64,000 bases of DNA from Owenia fusiformis (lineage: Eukaryota): NCBI GenBank assembly GCA_903813345.2, contig CAIIXF020000001.1, positions 43,462,001 through 43,526,000 of the forward strand, in the 5' to 3' direction. Of the stretch, positions 11,492-26,114 are shown piece by piece. The first letter of the stretch is position 1; every line of letters begins with the position of its first letter. The translations under genes and the position numbers were made by a program. The notes beneath the pieces are model-generated. The model ran no database searches. It was not told the origin of the DNA and saw nothing but the letters and a program-made list of their open reading frames with translations.

Positions 11492-14400
11492 TTAAACTAA
11501 CAAGATTGTTGTGTGTGTTATATATCAATATTTTCAAATAGAGAGAATCAAAAGGTTTAAATATATGACAGCTAAAGTCATCTTCTATATAAATCTGCTG
11601 TGGTATAAGAAGAGAACTTTTACATTCCAACATGACTACTCCTCCTCTTCATCATCTATCATTTGAATGTTATAGTTATATATATTTCCACACAAATTCA
11701 AAATCATGACTAGATGAATTAAAAGATCGTTTAGAATCTAGGTAAATAACTGAACTCAGTTTTGGTGATCTTCAATAGATTTTGGAGTTTGACATGTACT
11801 GTCAAAATGACCTAACATGCTAATCAAGAAACCTTAAACTTCAAAGTGGTTGCTTCTTTTTTGTCCAAGTCCTACATTCAGTTAAACCCGTCTTAGTGAA
11901 TAAGTATTTTAAGCAGAATTAATGATGTTTTCTTCAGTTTTCATTTTACGAAACTATTTCCAATCCTGTCATGGTAACAGTAGGTTGTAAGTGTAATATA
12001 GCGGGCATGAATGGATCAGCTAATATCGGCACCTCTACTCATCCTAATAGAAAAGTAAGACTATTTTTTGAGACAAATTGCTTGAAATCTCTCATTTTTT
12101 CTCTAAAGTGTTTGGAAGTACCTCTAATTTTTAACGCTTGTCACAACATATGTGTACATGTATTTGACAATAATAAAGGTTTCTAAAGTATGATTTTTTT
12201 TACCAAATTTTGAATTGAATTTTGACCAAGTAGAACATATAAGAATCACTAGTTGCTTCCCAAACATATTTTTGCACAAGAATAGAAAACGTTAGTGAAA
12301 TCTTCAGACATAACAACATTCTTGTGAGGTGAGAGGTGTCAGACCACGACATGACCAAGATAAGGCACCTTCTAAGACATCTACCTATAAAGAGACTCAA
12401 AGGGAACTAATCTTCAAACTTATCTTCTAATAGATTCAAATAGAAATCATGGTAAACCAAGCTTCTTGCCATCTTCTATTATACTATACAAAGGGGAGAC
12501 CAAGTGATGATTTTACAATCTGTTTCAAAAAGCCATTTGAAAAAACTAACAATTTAATCTTAGATTTATCACCAGGCTACACCAAATATTTCATTTATGG
12601 CTTGGATTAGCAGAAAACCAACATCAGAAACCAATAAAATGTGATAAGTTTTTATTTCCGACAAAACATGTATGACCTCATCCCACATCCTCTAGAGCAA
12701 GATAACAAATTCATTGCCAATCATAGATTCTTGAAAACAAAATCTCATAGAGGATTTGGTTATAATCCACAAAATAAAGTAACAAATGTAAGACAAGCTC
12801 AGAATTTTTAAAAACATGAATAACATACATACGGTACTCTAAATACAACCTGTATAAATATTCAAGAAAATAAAGCTCTCGATTAGAAGTAGAATAAACC
12901 TGATGTATAAAACATGGAACTAGCAATATTTTATAGATTGGAAATCCAAGCAATCGTGTTCACAACCATTAAGTCTAATCAACGGTAATAAAGAATCAAG
13001 ATCCAGTAAATCGTCTAGTAAACCGCCAGTAAATCCACCTAGATCATTCAGTGATACGTAAAACTAAGTTAGGCAGAAATCTGATGATTTTTTGTGTGCA
13101 AGTCTGCATGACTAAAATGACTAAAATTTCAGGATATAATTAACATGAGACAACAATTAGAGTTTTGGAAAAGGAAATAACATGTGTTCAAAGTAAGTTC
13201 CCTTTCTGAAGAACAGTGATGGTCATCCATCAAACAGTACAAGATGATTTCACCCATTTCTATTACAATAAATATGTTAGAAACATGCATCCATCAAAAA
13301 TGAGGAAATAACTCTCAACCCATAACAGACTCAAGGAAACCTGCACAGTTTACAAAATGAGTTATGTCCTTGTGAAATCAGGTGTAAGAAAGATACCTTA
13401 TGGACGAAGCAAATCAGCATTCTCTTAGTTTATAAATTACATCCAATCAGACTAAAGTCGCCAGAAATATTCTGGCATGGATAGCTCGTATAATTAAATG
13501 TCCAAAAGTGCAACTTGATCGCAATCCAGAGAGATTAATCTTGGAAGGTAGTCTTTATCAAAACCACAAAGGAGTGCTTAACAATACTAATGACAATAGA
13601 ATGAAGTAAATGTTGCTCTTCCAATTTTTTATATATTTTCTCCAAAAATTGTATCGAAATAATTTGACTGAATAAAATTTTGCTTTTCTCTACTGAGGAT
13701 TGAAAGCATCATTCCTGCTTATAAGCTTCATAAAATAATTGTATACTTATTCCTCTGTACTTGATTTAGTTCAGATAAAAGCATGACTTTCAGATAGAGT
13801 ACAAGAGTGTCCCGAAATATTACAATATGCCCAAGAGAATGGGTACACCATAATTTTACCACATCAAATATGTCCGATTTTACATCCTTTATCATACATC
13901 TTGACCACACAAGCCATCAATATTGTCTATCTAATAACCAACAAACAAGTGTCTTTGAAATAAAATCTGCCAAAATACATCAAACTGCACAAATATTGGT
14001 TTAGTAGGAGCAATAAATCCAAGTATAATTTCGAAGAACTTTATCTGAATCAAAACCAATCAAAATGCTAAAATATTGATAAAGATTAACTCAAGCAATT
14101 AAATACAAGGAGAAAAATATGAATTTCTGTCAAATGAGACCTCAAGACCTTCCTTGATTCTGTATTCATAACAAGCAAAGTAAGAATATTCCTCACATAT
14201 AACATGGAGATACCACAGACATAATCAATACAGCAACAGGTCAACAGCCAAGAATTAATAATTATGCATCTGTTTTTGGAATGACTGATGCCAAGAAAAC
14301 CATTGTCTACTTTTAGTTAAACAATGATTTGTGACCAAATCTTAAATTAAGATTTTTCGAAGAGACCTTGGGTGAACTCACTTATGTATAAAGAACAGAA

Positions 14401-16876
14401 GCCATAACAACTTTCAATGCTACCATGATTATATTATCCTATTTCTACAATGTATGTTCATTTTGGTTACAGAAAATATCTCCATGGACCAAAACTCAGA
14501 ACCAACAAAATTTACAATTTCTAACCAAAATCAAATTCAAACTAAATATCAGAATGTTGTGTCTGAAATTGCTTGCTATGTTAACTAAGTTATGATCTTC
14601 TCTATATCTCTTGGTTCAACATTTCATGCATTGCTAGCTCCTCTCATCTTCCCACAGGTGGCTTGTCATCATCACCTGTGATTTTACATGTGGCTATTTC
14701 AAACATTAACATGCACAAAGGATTCTAGTGTAGATCATAAAGAACAAAGAAATTACCAAGGATCTAGAAGAGTTAAACAGAATGACAGTCATAATTCATT
14801 GTAAGTTAAAATGTGCAGCAATACAAATCTTTCAGTCACTTCATTCACATTTAATGGAAAAATAGAATGAAATTGTATGAGTGGGTAAGATTCTAGCTCC
14901 ACCTGTGATCTCCCTTTTCCTGTTTCCTCACCTTTGATTTCTCATGTTTATATTACACCTCAAATATTTGCTGAACCTGGATGAGTTTTGTCCACAACTG
15001 GAGAGAGAGGTGATATGATGAAATAATTTTGATTTATTTTTATAGACTACTGAATATACAAATATCACATGATAGCTAGGATGAATATACTCAACTATGA
15101 AAGGATGCCAATTCCAGGTGATGGGATGAGATAAAGGTTTCAAAATCGTCCCAGTTGCTTGATACAAATAAGAAATTTTTAGACTGTGGGCCTTAATTTT
15201 TTTTAAATCAGGTAATTTTTCCATTTGTTTGCTCAAATCCAGGTCAACTTTCAGGTTTGCCCTATCTATCTCCAAAGGTATATACTGCATTATCAGTTTC
15301 AACTCAAGGTCTACATAAGTAGATTTATATTTCACACTGCAATACAGTAATAAAAAGTGAGACTTATTTTCATTCATTATTGATCTTCACTTGGTCCAGA
15401 CAACCTCCTGAGATTTGAGGTTAAGATGCTTCTCACAGAAATAGGAATATATCATTGATATAGAACTTAAATAAATCATATTTGAGAAATTTCCCCTATA
15501 TAATTTAATATCAAGAATATGAGAAGTACTGCAAGTCTCAAAATCTTATATAATTATATTGACAAAAATGTGAATTGATATTGACCATGATGTTAATTCT
15601 GAGGGAAATGTTAAATACTTAAATACTACCTACAATATGAAAAATCAAATCTTTGACATGGCTTTCATTCTCGACAGTGTCTTAAATGTTTCACTGTTCA
15701 TAGTGCCCCTCTAGAGAAATGTCAATATACCTGAATTCATGTGAAGAATGGCGTTCACTCTGACATTCTGAGATGATTCTGTACATCAGGGAAGATGTAA
15801 GATTGCAATTTGATGATTTGTTAGAAATAAGTGGAGAAAAATACTTTCCCACCCATTAATTTTGCTAATCTCACGTAAGGCAAGGTACACTCTTCACTTT
15901 TAGATAAATGTTATTTGTTCACATCCTTAGAAAACATTTATACCATCATGAAAAATTGGGGTTCCCTGTCACTAAAGATTATTTTCTTATATTTCGTAAT
16001 CAGTCTAACTATACAATGATTGCTTAACTACTTATTTCTGCTTACAACTGTCTTCTGCTTCAGCCTCACACAAAGTCTCTGTAACCCCCATCCCCTCCAA
16101 AAATCCCAGGCAGTGTTAGAGAGAATGGAGGTACATAAAATACATTATATGTTTACAGTATGGCATATGTAGCTATTGTGATTGTAAGAAAACATTAATA
16201 AAAATAGTCTAATATTTCCTCATCTTGATCCCTGTCATCCAATGGGGCTCAGGTCCAATATGGGAAAATAAGAATGTACAAGGGACATAACTCACAATAT
16301 ACAAAGTAGTGAGACTTAACCTATTACACAATCCTAAAATAAAATCAATTTTTTCAAAATCAAAGAATTCATAATCAATGCATGTACCAATGCATTAAAA
16401 TAAACAGCATGATAACTACTCAAGTTTACACACAAGCAACTTTGAAAACGCTAATTTTATTAATTCATTTAAACTTAAGGATAAGAGTTCATGATTGCAC
16501 CACTTCAAATTACATTTTTTTTAGTTTCTTTAACCTGGAATTCTTGTTGTGCATGCCTCTATGGATCTTGCATCCAAAGACACAAATGAAGTCCCTGTTG
16601 AGTATACATACCAATGTACTGACAGATGTGTCTCAAGTATAATGTAAGTACTGCTAAGTAAAAGAGTAAGGCAATCAACAAAAAAATGGTTGAAAGTAAT
16701 CAATTTTGAAATGCGGCCAATCTGGTTCTCCACCACAAGAATTTTGAGTGAACATCCTGATATAATACATCTCATTCACCTCATTCTATAATATCCTTAT
16801 TGGGAGAATCCTTAAACATACCAATTCAAGGGGCAAGACCTGTCAAAGTTCTCACTTCATTAATAGAGGGGAGGCA

Positions 16877-17072
16877 CAGGCCCGTAGCAAGGGGGGGGGG
16901 GGGTTTGATGGGTTCCCCCTGGCCAAATAATCTTTCAAAATCATGCAGTTTTCACCATTCTGAGCACTTTTTAAGTGATTTTGGCCATTTTTGGACCAAA
17001 TTTGTCACAAGTGAACCCCCTTGGAATTTTTCAAAAAGTGACCCCCCTTGGCAAATCCTGGCTACGGGCCTG
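16877..17072. mobile_element. MITE with GC-rich TIRs and 5-bp TSD
   Basis: TIR CAGGCCCGTAGC...GCTACGGGCCTG; TSD AGGCA on both sides. Confidence 0.85.
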
Positions 17073-20047
17073 AGGCATATACCTCATCATAATTATATAC
17101 TGACACATATCAAAGTATCTGATTATACTAGGCATGAACATGCAAAAATGTCACCACCTGACATTTGTTACAGATTCTGATCACAACCACCAAAATTTCA
17201 GATTATAACATCACTTCTGGTAGTGACATAAAAACAGAAGAGCATGAAAGAAAACAATCATATGAAGCTGGTTGGAGGCACTCCCCCTCTAGCACCACAG
17301 GAATGTTATCTATAACATTTGGGCCACAAATACTTTTGTTTATTTACATTTTCTGACCTAAAAGATTCCATTTCACATTTCCAGCCTCCAATTTCTTACT
17401 TTTTAGTGATATTTAATAGAACTTGCCATTAAATGGTTTGAGCTAAATGGTTATGGGTGAATGACATGATAAGAATGCTGACCTTTAACACTATTAAAAT
17501 CTCTATAGTTACATAAATATACTCGGAATAATCAAATCAAAATCCTCCCAATCTGTAAGCCATTTTGTTGGTTTGTACTTCGAGTTTCATGAATCTAATC
17601 AGGAATAAACAGATCATAAAAAGTAATCCTGTATACAGAGTATAATTACCAGGTGAAGTATATAAACAATTTTATCAAGAATGCTAACTTACAGTTATAT
17701 AACAACTTGGAATAAATTAGAACTACAGTGAAACCTGTATATCTGAACACTTCTCTAATCTGAACCCCTCTCAATATACACACTATAAGGTCCAAATTTT
17801 GTTATTTCTCATCGACCTACTTTTGTCCTGTCCGAGAGGCATTCAGATAAAACAGGTTTTTCTGTACCTCATTCCTTCTGATAAAGTTATAAACAAGCAT
17901 TGTTATCACGATTAATTCCAGGGATTAATGAACCTAGTTTTTATCCTGAATTATTTACAAATACACTTGCCATTCTATTCCTTGATTGAAATGTTTCTCT
18001 GCTCTGTTAACTATTTCATGACATAATTCAATCATTGTATTGAGGGGAAATATCATTCTGCTATAAATTTCGTATTTTAGTTAGTAAGTACAATGGTTTA
18101 ATTAGCAGCAAGCAAGTTTCTCCAGTTGATTTTACCAAAGTAACTGTTATTTTAAGAAATTTTGCATTGGTATCCATGTCCATGTTAACTTAAAATTTGT
18201 TATAATTTTATCAGTTGTTAAAATTAATTTTACTTGTTGTCAAAGATTCTAATGACCCTCCTTGTGCATGCCCAATATCTTCTTATTCATTTTATTTTTA
18301 AGAACATGACAGTGTATCATCTTATTTATGGGAATATTTGGGTTATCAGGAAGAATAAACAATTGTTTCTCTAATTAATTATGTGCTGATAAGATGATAA
18401 TATGAGCCTAGAGTTTGGATCTACCTAATTTTTGTTTTATCTGGATCATGATACATTTCTCTGCCTTATTTGACTTATCTTACCTACAGCAGTTTTAGGC
18501 CCACTTTGCAACATCCCTAGGCCCTCTCATATCCTCTTTCTTTTGCAGAAAAAAACTGATCACAAAGATACATAGAGATGAGATGAGCACCCAGAGGGAT
18601 TTGGGCAAAAAGAATATGTCACTTTGGCAAGCATTATACAGGGCCTGTATGTAGCAGTGTGCAAGGAAAGAATGAAAGGCATACCAGGTTGATGATCAAA
18701 GCACTGAACCCTTGAATCCCACTTTCGATCTGGCATCTGGACTCTTTAAAATCCTTATGAAAATCAGTCAAAATGATATAACAGTAACTGATACTGATAA
18801 AAATGTCAGAAATTATCTCCTGAAGAAACTGTGAATAACACTGAAGGCATCTTCCTTTATATTGAACAGGTCATTTAAGGCCATAGTAAGAAAATATGTC
18901 ATGACAAGAAAGTTGATGTTTATACCATGACAAGAAAGATGACTCCTTTAGTTTATTTCCTGATTTATTCGCTCATTCCATAGTAAATGATGTGTTAAAT
19001 GATGACACACTTCTACAAGTGTAATTATAATATAGTATGTTTCAGAACACCATCCCTACAGGTATTTCCCAAGAAAGGCAACGAGGGTTGACTGTACCAT
19101 CAGCAATACTGATGCGGTCTCAAGGTCCAGAGTCTTCAACATTCAAGCCCTACAACTGCTAAACCTTCACCTGGTCAGATAATAATAATCTATAGAATGA
19201 AGAGATTCAGTCACTAGCTGCAGCTATTACCCATGCACCCAGCCTACCCTGTCTTCTTAAGAGACAAGTGTTTTAAGCAAGACATACAGCTGTGTAAAAG
19301 ATGCTAGGTCTATCTGCCCATTCAAATTCAAACATCATGGAGTATACAGAAAGGGTGGAAGTTAACAAAGACCATTTAAAAATGTGTTTAACACGTCTCA
19401 AGTATTAAATATCATCATATTTTTCAAGATAAGTTTCACTACTGAACATAAGACATGTGTAAGTAATATGTCTTGATTGACTTGAGGTCTCTATAGCCTG
19501 AAACTATTGTACTTAGATAGGAACTTGTTGTCTCTCGCTTCAGGTCCTCTATCTCATGATAGAATTCCCTGTTGTTTTTATAGAAGATGGGCATGATTGG
19601 AAATAGTCCCACTTCAGATGTGGTCAGATAACATGCAGACTACACTAATAAAAAAAGAGAATCCCCGGTTTATAGATTAAGCTAGGAGATCCTCAGACCC
19701 TGAAGGTGAAGTAAGGGTTCTATATTCCTAATACGTCAAATATCTGTAAGGCATGCAAGGTAGACTGGTCTTGAATCAACCCCCTTCTCTACTTCACCTC
19801 CAGTTTTGTTGAGAATATGGGTTATACAGTATAGAGGGAGGGGGTCACAAGGACTTGATGCAAGAGTACTAGTCTTATTCAGACCCTTTTAACCTTTAAT
19901 GTTAATATTCAGTGCATGCCAAGTCCTTGTTTTTCATTTATGTAAATGAGGTTTGCTAGACCACCTTCGGATAGTATCAGTCTGAAAATCATGTCTCAAT
20001 GAGCGGAAAAATGTAATGAATGTCAAACTAGAAAGTCTAGTACCTAC

Positions 20048-20186
20048 CCATGTCAATGAGCTCATCATCCTCCACATACTTCAATTGTGGCACAGAATGT
20101 ATCTTCAACTGATTTGATAGGGCGTCATAATAATGCCCGAGTTCTGCGTCCTCCAAGAACTCCTGCAACGGCTTTGGTGCCGTCAT
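20048..20186 (-). CDS. Ack-like: First coding exon (SAM domain) of an Ack-like/TNK-family non-receptor tyrosine kinase; rest of gene not found in window
   Basis: Acceptor TTTTTTCAG|GTTGCCATG and donor G|GTAGGT. Peptide MTAPKPLQEFLEDAELGHYYDALSNQLKIHSVPQLKYVEDDELIDMG resembles the N-terminal SAM domain of Ack-like/PR2 kinases (recognised from memory). Confidence 0.75.
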
Positions 20187-23100
20187 GGCAACCTGAAAAA
20201 AGTTGAATCTTGTTACATTATCTCGAAATGGTACATGCGCTTGTTTTAGATTCTCGTAGCTTTTCTGTAGTCGTTTTCTAAAATTTTCCCTTGCCCAGAA
20301 ATCCTTGTTTAATCCATTGTATTCTTCCATTTTCAGATGTTATTTCACCATAAACCGTATGATAGAATGACTACAAGAAGAAAATTCTTCTGAATCATGT
20401 GTTTTTTGTTTATTTTTAGGCAAGAGACAAAATAAATACTATTATGACACATACAGTAATATATCATACAAAAGCGTCACAAAATAAATAAATAAATAAA
20501 ATATTAACAACCTCTCCGAAAACTGCTCCTCTGGAGCAAAAACATTGCATCCTGCCAAAAACAAACTCCAAGACTAAGTAACACCTAAAAACTATTAAAC
20601 TTCAGTCACTTAAGATATCCCTTGTAAGCACACAGACGTTTGGCATGATTATTCAAGTGATTTACCATTATAAATAATCACAGCACGCAGAGTCGACTTT
20701 TGACTGTGCTACATCAGTTGATGTATTTCAATAAAAGAACTGTAGCTTTGAATAAAAAAAACACAAATGAAATGATTAATCACAAATTCTTGGCAAGGAG
20801 CATATGAAAAATGTGAAGTTTTTATCGAAGAGGAGTGGTCAAAGTAAAAACCGCAAGGATGAACAACTAAAGCCAATGAATAAATCTTAACCAAACCATG
20901 ATTTTATTCTATAATATTGGCAGCAGACAAAATGAAATGCCAAAGAATAAAGGAAACAAACATAAAGTTTAATTTTTATTCCATAGCTGACTTTAACATT
21001 CAGAGGATTGGCAAACCAAGAGTGAATTTATATTTCAGTACACAGACAGTTACAAGATGAAAGTGTCAAAATTATCTGTGCCAACAGCCCACATACAAGT
21101 AACAAATCCATGTTTTTGACGATATGATTAGATAAATTTTAGTCTGGACAAGGCCAAATTGGCTAGCATTGAGAAGCCATTTTTATGAATTAATAATTGA
21201 ATAAATAACTGACCATTTTATTAAAATGAAAAATTGTAATCCTACTACTGGCTGCAGATTAAGGCTGTGTCAAAACTGGTTCAGAACACTTCTGAATCGG
21301 AACCAGTCTACAAAATTAGGACCTCTTTCAGAAAAATGTGAAATAAACAATTATGCTTGATATAGTAGTGTTTCACATAGTTTACAAATTGTTTTGTCAT
21401 TTTCATTGAATGGCAGAATGACTACTTTTGATTAAATTTTCGGAAAATATTTAAAAAAGGCATATATCCCTGCATCTTTTCACCAATGTGTTTGCTATGA
21501 TTTGGCAAACCTAGTCAACATTCTGAACTATCATTCCTATACCTATCAGAATAACACTCCATTTATTGTTTTAATTCATTTTTTAAGAAATGTGAAATGT
21601 TTACTTTTTAAGCAAAACTCTACTTACAGTCCAACAGAAAAGTGTCCCCATCATTGAACAAACTCATTGGTATAAATCCATCAAATAAATTTACAAAAGC
21701 CAGACTATCTTCTATATACATTTTTATATGTGGTAAGATATCTCGACTTGGAGCAAATGCCAATAATCTTATGGACAATTTGATGATTTTGACTGAGTAT
21801 TTATTATGATATTACATAATGAAGACAAGATTTTAAACAAAAGTTATAAACTAAAGCCAAACAGTACTTTCCAATGTTAGTTTAAAATAATATATATACA
21901 AGTTAATTTGCAAAATACATAGTTTGCCAAATATATGGTATTAATAATCATATCACTATCAAGCTTATGTTTTATGATTGGTCAAATCAAGGTCACATGA
22001 GTTGAAATGTATTCATTGGTTATTGACATCAAACATTGGTGGAGCTTTATAGAATATCACTTGCGAAAAAATACACAGGTATTTACTAAAAACAGAACAA
22101 AATATCATTTGTACATTTTTCAAGACACCTGCATTACTCTAATGCAGATTTGTTAAAGAAAACATCTGTGTTTATACGATAAAATACAAAGTTAGCATTT
22201 CTGAATTGATAACACAATTTCAAGGGCAACATGCAGATGTGTAATACTGTTATTCTAATTGAATACAAAGTGAAAAGAACAATAGAATAAAACTTTCCAT
22301 GATATTATATTTCAAATCACATTTTCAGGTGAAAGGCCTGTAACAAAGAGACCTGTCCAAAATAATGAATTGGCGCCTTTAGCTATAGGTTTATAATTTG
22401 GCACATTAACTGTTGGGATTGGGTGTTTAACTGTCTCAAGAACATGTATGCCCGCAAAACGTTTAATGCTTTATTGTCATTACCTAGAGTACAATATACA
22501 TGTTGAACATATAATGAATATACATTAATTATAAAAAAAATACAAATATTTGAAAATGTCAATGGTAGTATTTTTTTGACCTGAATTTGCCATAGAGCAG
22601 GATAACCTATTGATCTCCAAAAAGGTTGGAAATGCTGAATAGGTCATGCAAACATAATCATATATAATCAAAACTCTAGATGGATATTCAAAATTACAAA
22701 CATTATATTTCATAAAATCTAAAACGATTCAAGGACTTTTTGTTCAGAGTAGAATAAACTGCATTTTTGCCTCTTTGTATGCTAAAAATTTAAGACTGTG
22801 TATAGGCTGAATGAATGTTACTATGCCTAAACACTTTAAATATACTATATAATCTGGTACATAGTCTATGAGATCTAATATGTAATTTACATTGCAAGTC
22901 AAAAAGTGCTAAGGTTACAAAGTATTTAGTTTTTATCGGAAAATGTTATGAGAATAGAGATTTTTTGATTTTTGGCATTTCCGTCATTATATTACATGCA
23001 GTTGACTTCATGTTGTTCTGTAGCGTAATCATTTACTTTTACTTCATTTCCCTGGAGTTTCCTATTTTGAGAAACCTCTTTGTGGTGATGTCATCAGCAT

Positions 23101-26100
23101 CTAACTATTGTATGACAAAAACACACAAAAAATTATTCAAAGAACATCTGCGCTAAGTTAAACTTCTTTTGAGGAAACAGGAACAAAGGTCAGAGGTACA
23201 GAATTGTTCTGAATAAACATAATGACTCATCTTCCCTATAGTTCCTGATACCACCAGTTTCTCTTTCAAAGACCTGTCTGTAAAAGACATGGGTGACCAA
23301 TCTCTTCAAACTATACTTTATAAGTAGCTAACATTCATTTCATAACGAGCAACCATTATCATGATAATAAAAGCTATATCCGAGATGATATCAGTATGAA
23401 AACTGTAAAATCATGATATTATTCAGAGGGAAGAATACCAAGCTGATATAGGCCAGGGTCTTTTGAACCAGTTCTTATGAATGTACATTTGTAATCTACT
23501 TTTTCAGGAATTTGTATTATCATATCAAGGTCATATAAGGTTTCCCAACTTACCTAGTTTTTGATAATTTCCTGATAAAGCCTGCAGTGTTTACCCCCCT
23601 CACATTGTATAAAGGTTAATCCAAATACTTTAAACTTCTACTGCTTTTGTAACTGCAAGTAAAAAAACAACATTTTTTTATTTATATGATGAGTGAATGT
23701 TAGTATGCAAATCACAAATCAAAGGTCATAATGATGAATCTATTTTTTATGCACATATATATTTTTATCATAGACACTTTCATGTACCAACAACCTGGGG
23801 TGACCCCTGAACTTGAACTGTTGACAGCAATTCAAAACCATATGGCAAAATAAATCTAAAATAAAAATTTTCCATGTCGGAATTTAATTAACAGAACATG
23901 AAACACTTAAAGGGGCACTTAAAACAAAATATCTGGTTAATGCCTTATTACATGTTTTTCCTGCTATAAGAAACTGGTGCCCCATGACATTAGTCTAACT
24001 TAACGCTTCAACTGAATATCCTACCTCTACATATGATCATGATCCCAAACTACCTCAGAACTATGTTAGAATACATAGTACCTTCTGATGTAATTGAACA
24101 TACAACAAAGTGTGACATTTTCTAAAGAAAACGAAAGCTGCTTTATCAAACCAACCTACTTACACTAGCAGTAACATAGTATATGTACACAAACTTTGAA
24201 TCGGAAATGTTTGTTGGCCTTTTACTATACAAGCTACTTTGGAGTGTTTTCTTTTTTATAACATGTGTTTTTACTCATGAAAAAAGTCACAGTAATTATG
24301 GTTAAGTAAATAAATACAAAAAAATTCAAAGGAAGAAGGAACAAACATGTTGAAATATCATCAAATCTGAATTCAAAAAACATTTCAAATTGTCAGTGAG
24401 GTTATTGTTGAGAATAGACATGTAATAAACATGATCAAAGTTCTATTTTACACCAGGTATAACCACAACACACATAGAAGAGCAAGGAGCATCATTAATG
24501 CCATAAATTACCTGGGTTAATGGCAATTTATTTTCAGCCTGTCTACCTCTCAGCTCCTATGTTTAATAGTACCTGTCCTGCCCTTAGCCAGCTGTGATAT
24601 ATTACCTAGTAAAGGGGAACCACACTGGAGAAACGGCCAATAGTCTTGTATTAATCCCTTGTGTACCCCGTTCAATATATGCAGAGCAAGGAAATAGATA
24701 ATGTGGGACATGTACATGTGTATATGTCTGGTATAATATTGACTGCATGGCATCTACAATTTGGACGCAAACTAGAATCTGTCCATCAACCTCTAAAAAT
24801 GATTTGTCTCTGACGATACCAAGTTCTATACATTTCTTTGAACGAGATCTCATTCTCTTTGTGGCACTTAATACAAACTCAAACTTGGCACACAAATCTT
24901 GAAAACAATTTCATTAAAATATTAGCCAGAATTCAATTACTGTAATCGCTGTTTTAAGATAAGATGATGTATTGTTTCAGGAAGTCTAACAATTCAAAGA
25001 AATTCTCAGTAGTATTCTGTGACTGATTATTGCCTTTAGGGAATGCCTTATTTCCATTTGCTTTTACAATGGGATGGGACTGGCATCAAATTAATTGGCA
25101 TACAAGAGTATATACACAAGAGCAATCTGTAGAGTATAAGAATGTAAAATCTAAAGATGGGGTAGCCTAGTTGGCTACTGCTCCTTCTACTGCTGCAACA
25201 GTTCAATAATGTAGTTTTGGCAATACTTTAATGTTACATTGACCCATTTGCAATAGCAAGATTAAGCATATATTGTAAGTCCCTGACCATGTGAAACAAT
25301 GGTGAAGGGATGGAACAACACATCTATCTAAACAAAAGGCACCTGTCATTCTGAAGACATAACAAAATGAACAGGGTCTTGATAGCATTCTCTGCAAGAC
25401 AGGGCATTATCCAGACATTATCTACTCTATCTGTGGCTTCTTCTGTTCCTCCAGAGTAAAGGATTACTGGATTACACCCCACATGTACTTTGAGCTCCAA
25501 AGGCAAGAAATAATTTCTGCAGATGAACTCTTGTTTAAAGTAATGAAATCAATCAATTGCAAAAGAGTACCACACATGCTTCACAGAGGATCACTGGTCC
25601 TCCAAATAACACTATGAGCCTAAGGGATTTCCTGGTCAAGGAATAATCTGGAGAGATTTAGATCTTGAAGAAGATGAACATGACTCATAACACCAACACT
25701 GCAATTTGAAGAGGAAATATCAAATGTTATTATAAGAATGATTTGAACAACTAAATCCAAATCCATATTTGACCCCAAGCCTGGTCGCTATTCAACTCTT
25801 TCAGTTTTAAACAAAAGAGATAATATAGTATATATAAAACCCAGGTGTAAATTAATAGGAAGTAATTATGATAACTTATGGAAGGGCACAGACAACGAAG
25901 ATCAGGTGTTCAATTCCAAAGCAAACATTCTCAAGCAGTGGTCACTTCAATCTGGTCCTAGTGAAAACATCTCACTGACAAAAGTAAAGAATGGAGGGCC
26001 TGTTGTTTATTGACTTGGCTTTGGCATTTGTAAAACAGGGTTGTCTGTACACCTTGACCAACAGATGCTTCATATATAAACAGCAGGATCTCTATTTATT

Positions 26101-26114
26101 TGTACTATAGTACT

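Noticed and set aside
12937..13061. Possible + strand terminal exon (WKSKQSCSQPLSLINGNKESRSSKSSSKPPVNPPRSFSDT)
   Set aside because: No recognisable homology or partner exons.
14928..15377. 149-aa minus-strand ORF
   Set aside because: No motifs or convincing splice context; composition looks like non-coding AT-rich DNA.
20187..20330. N-terminal extension of ORF 20037-20330
   Set aside because: Mostly upstream of a strong acceptor at 20193; the Kozak-context ATG at 20186 fits the SAM start better.
24550..25506. Cluster of short minus-strand ORFs, one ending at a donor-like site
   Set aside because: No recognisable domain; could be an alternative exon but unsupported.
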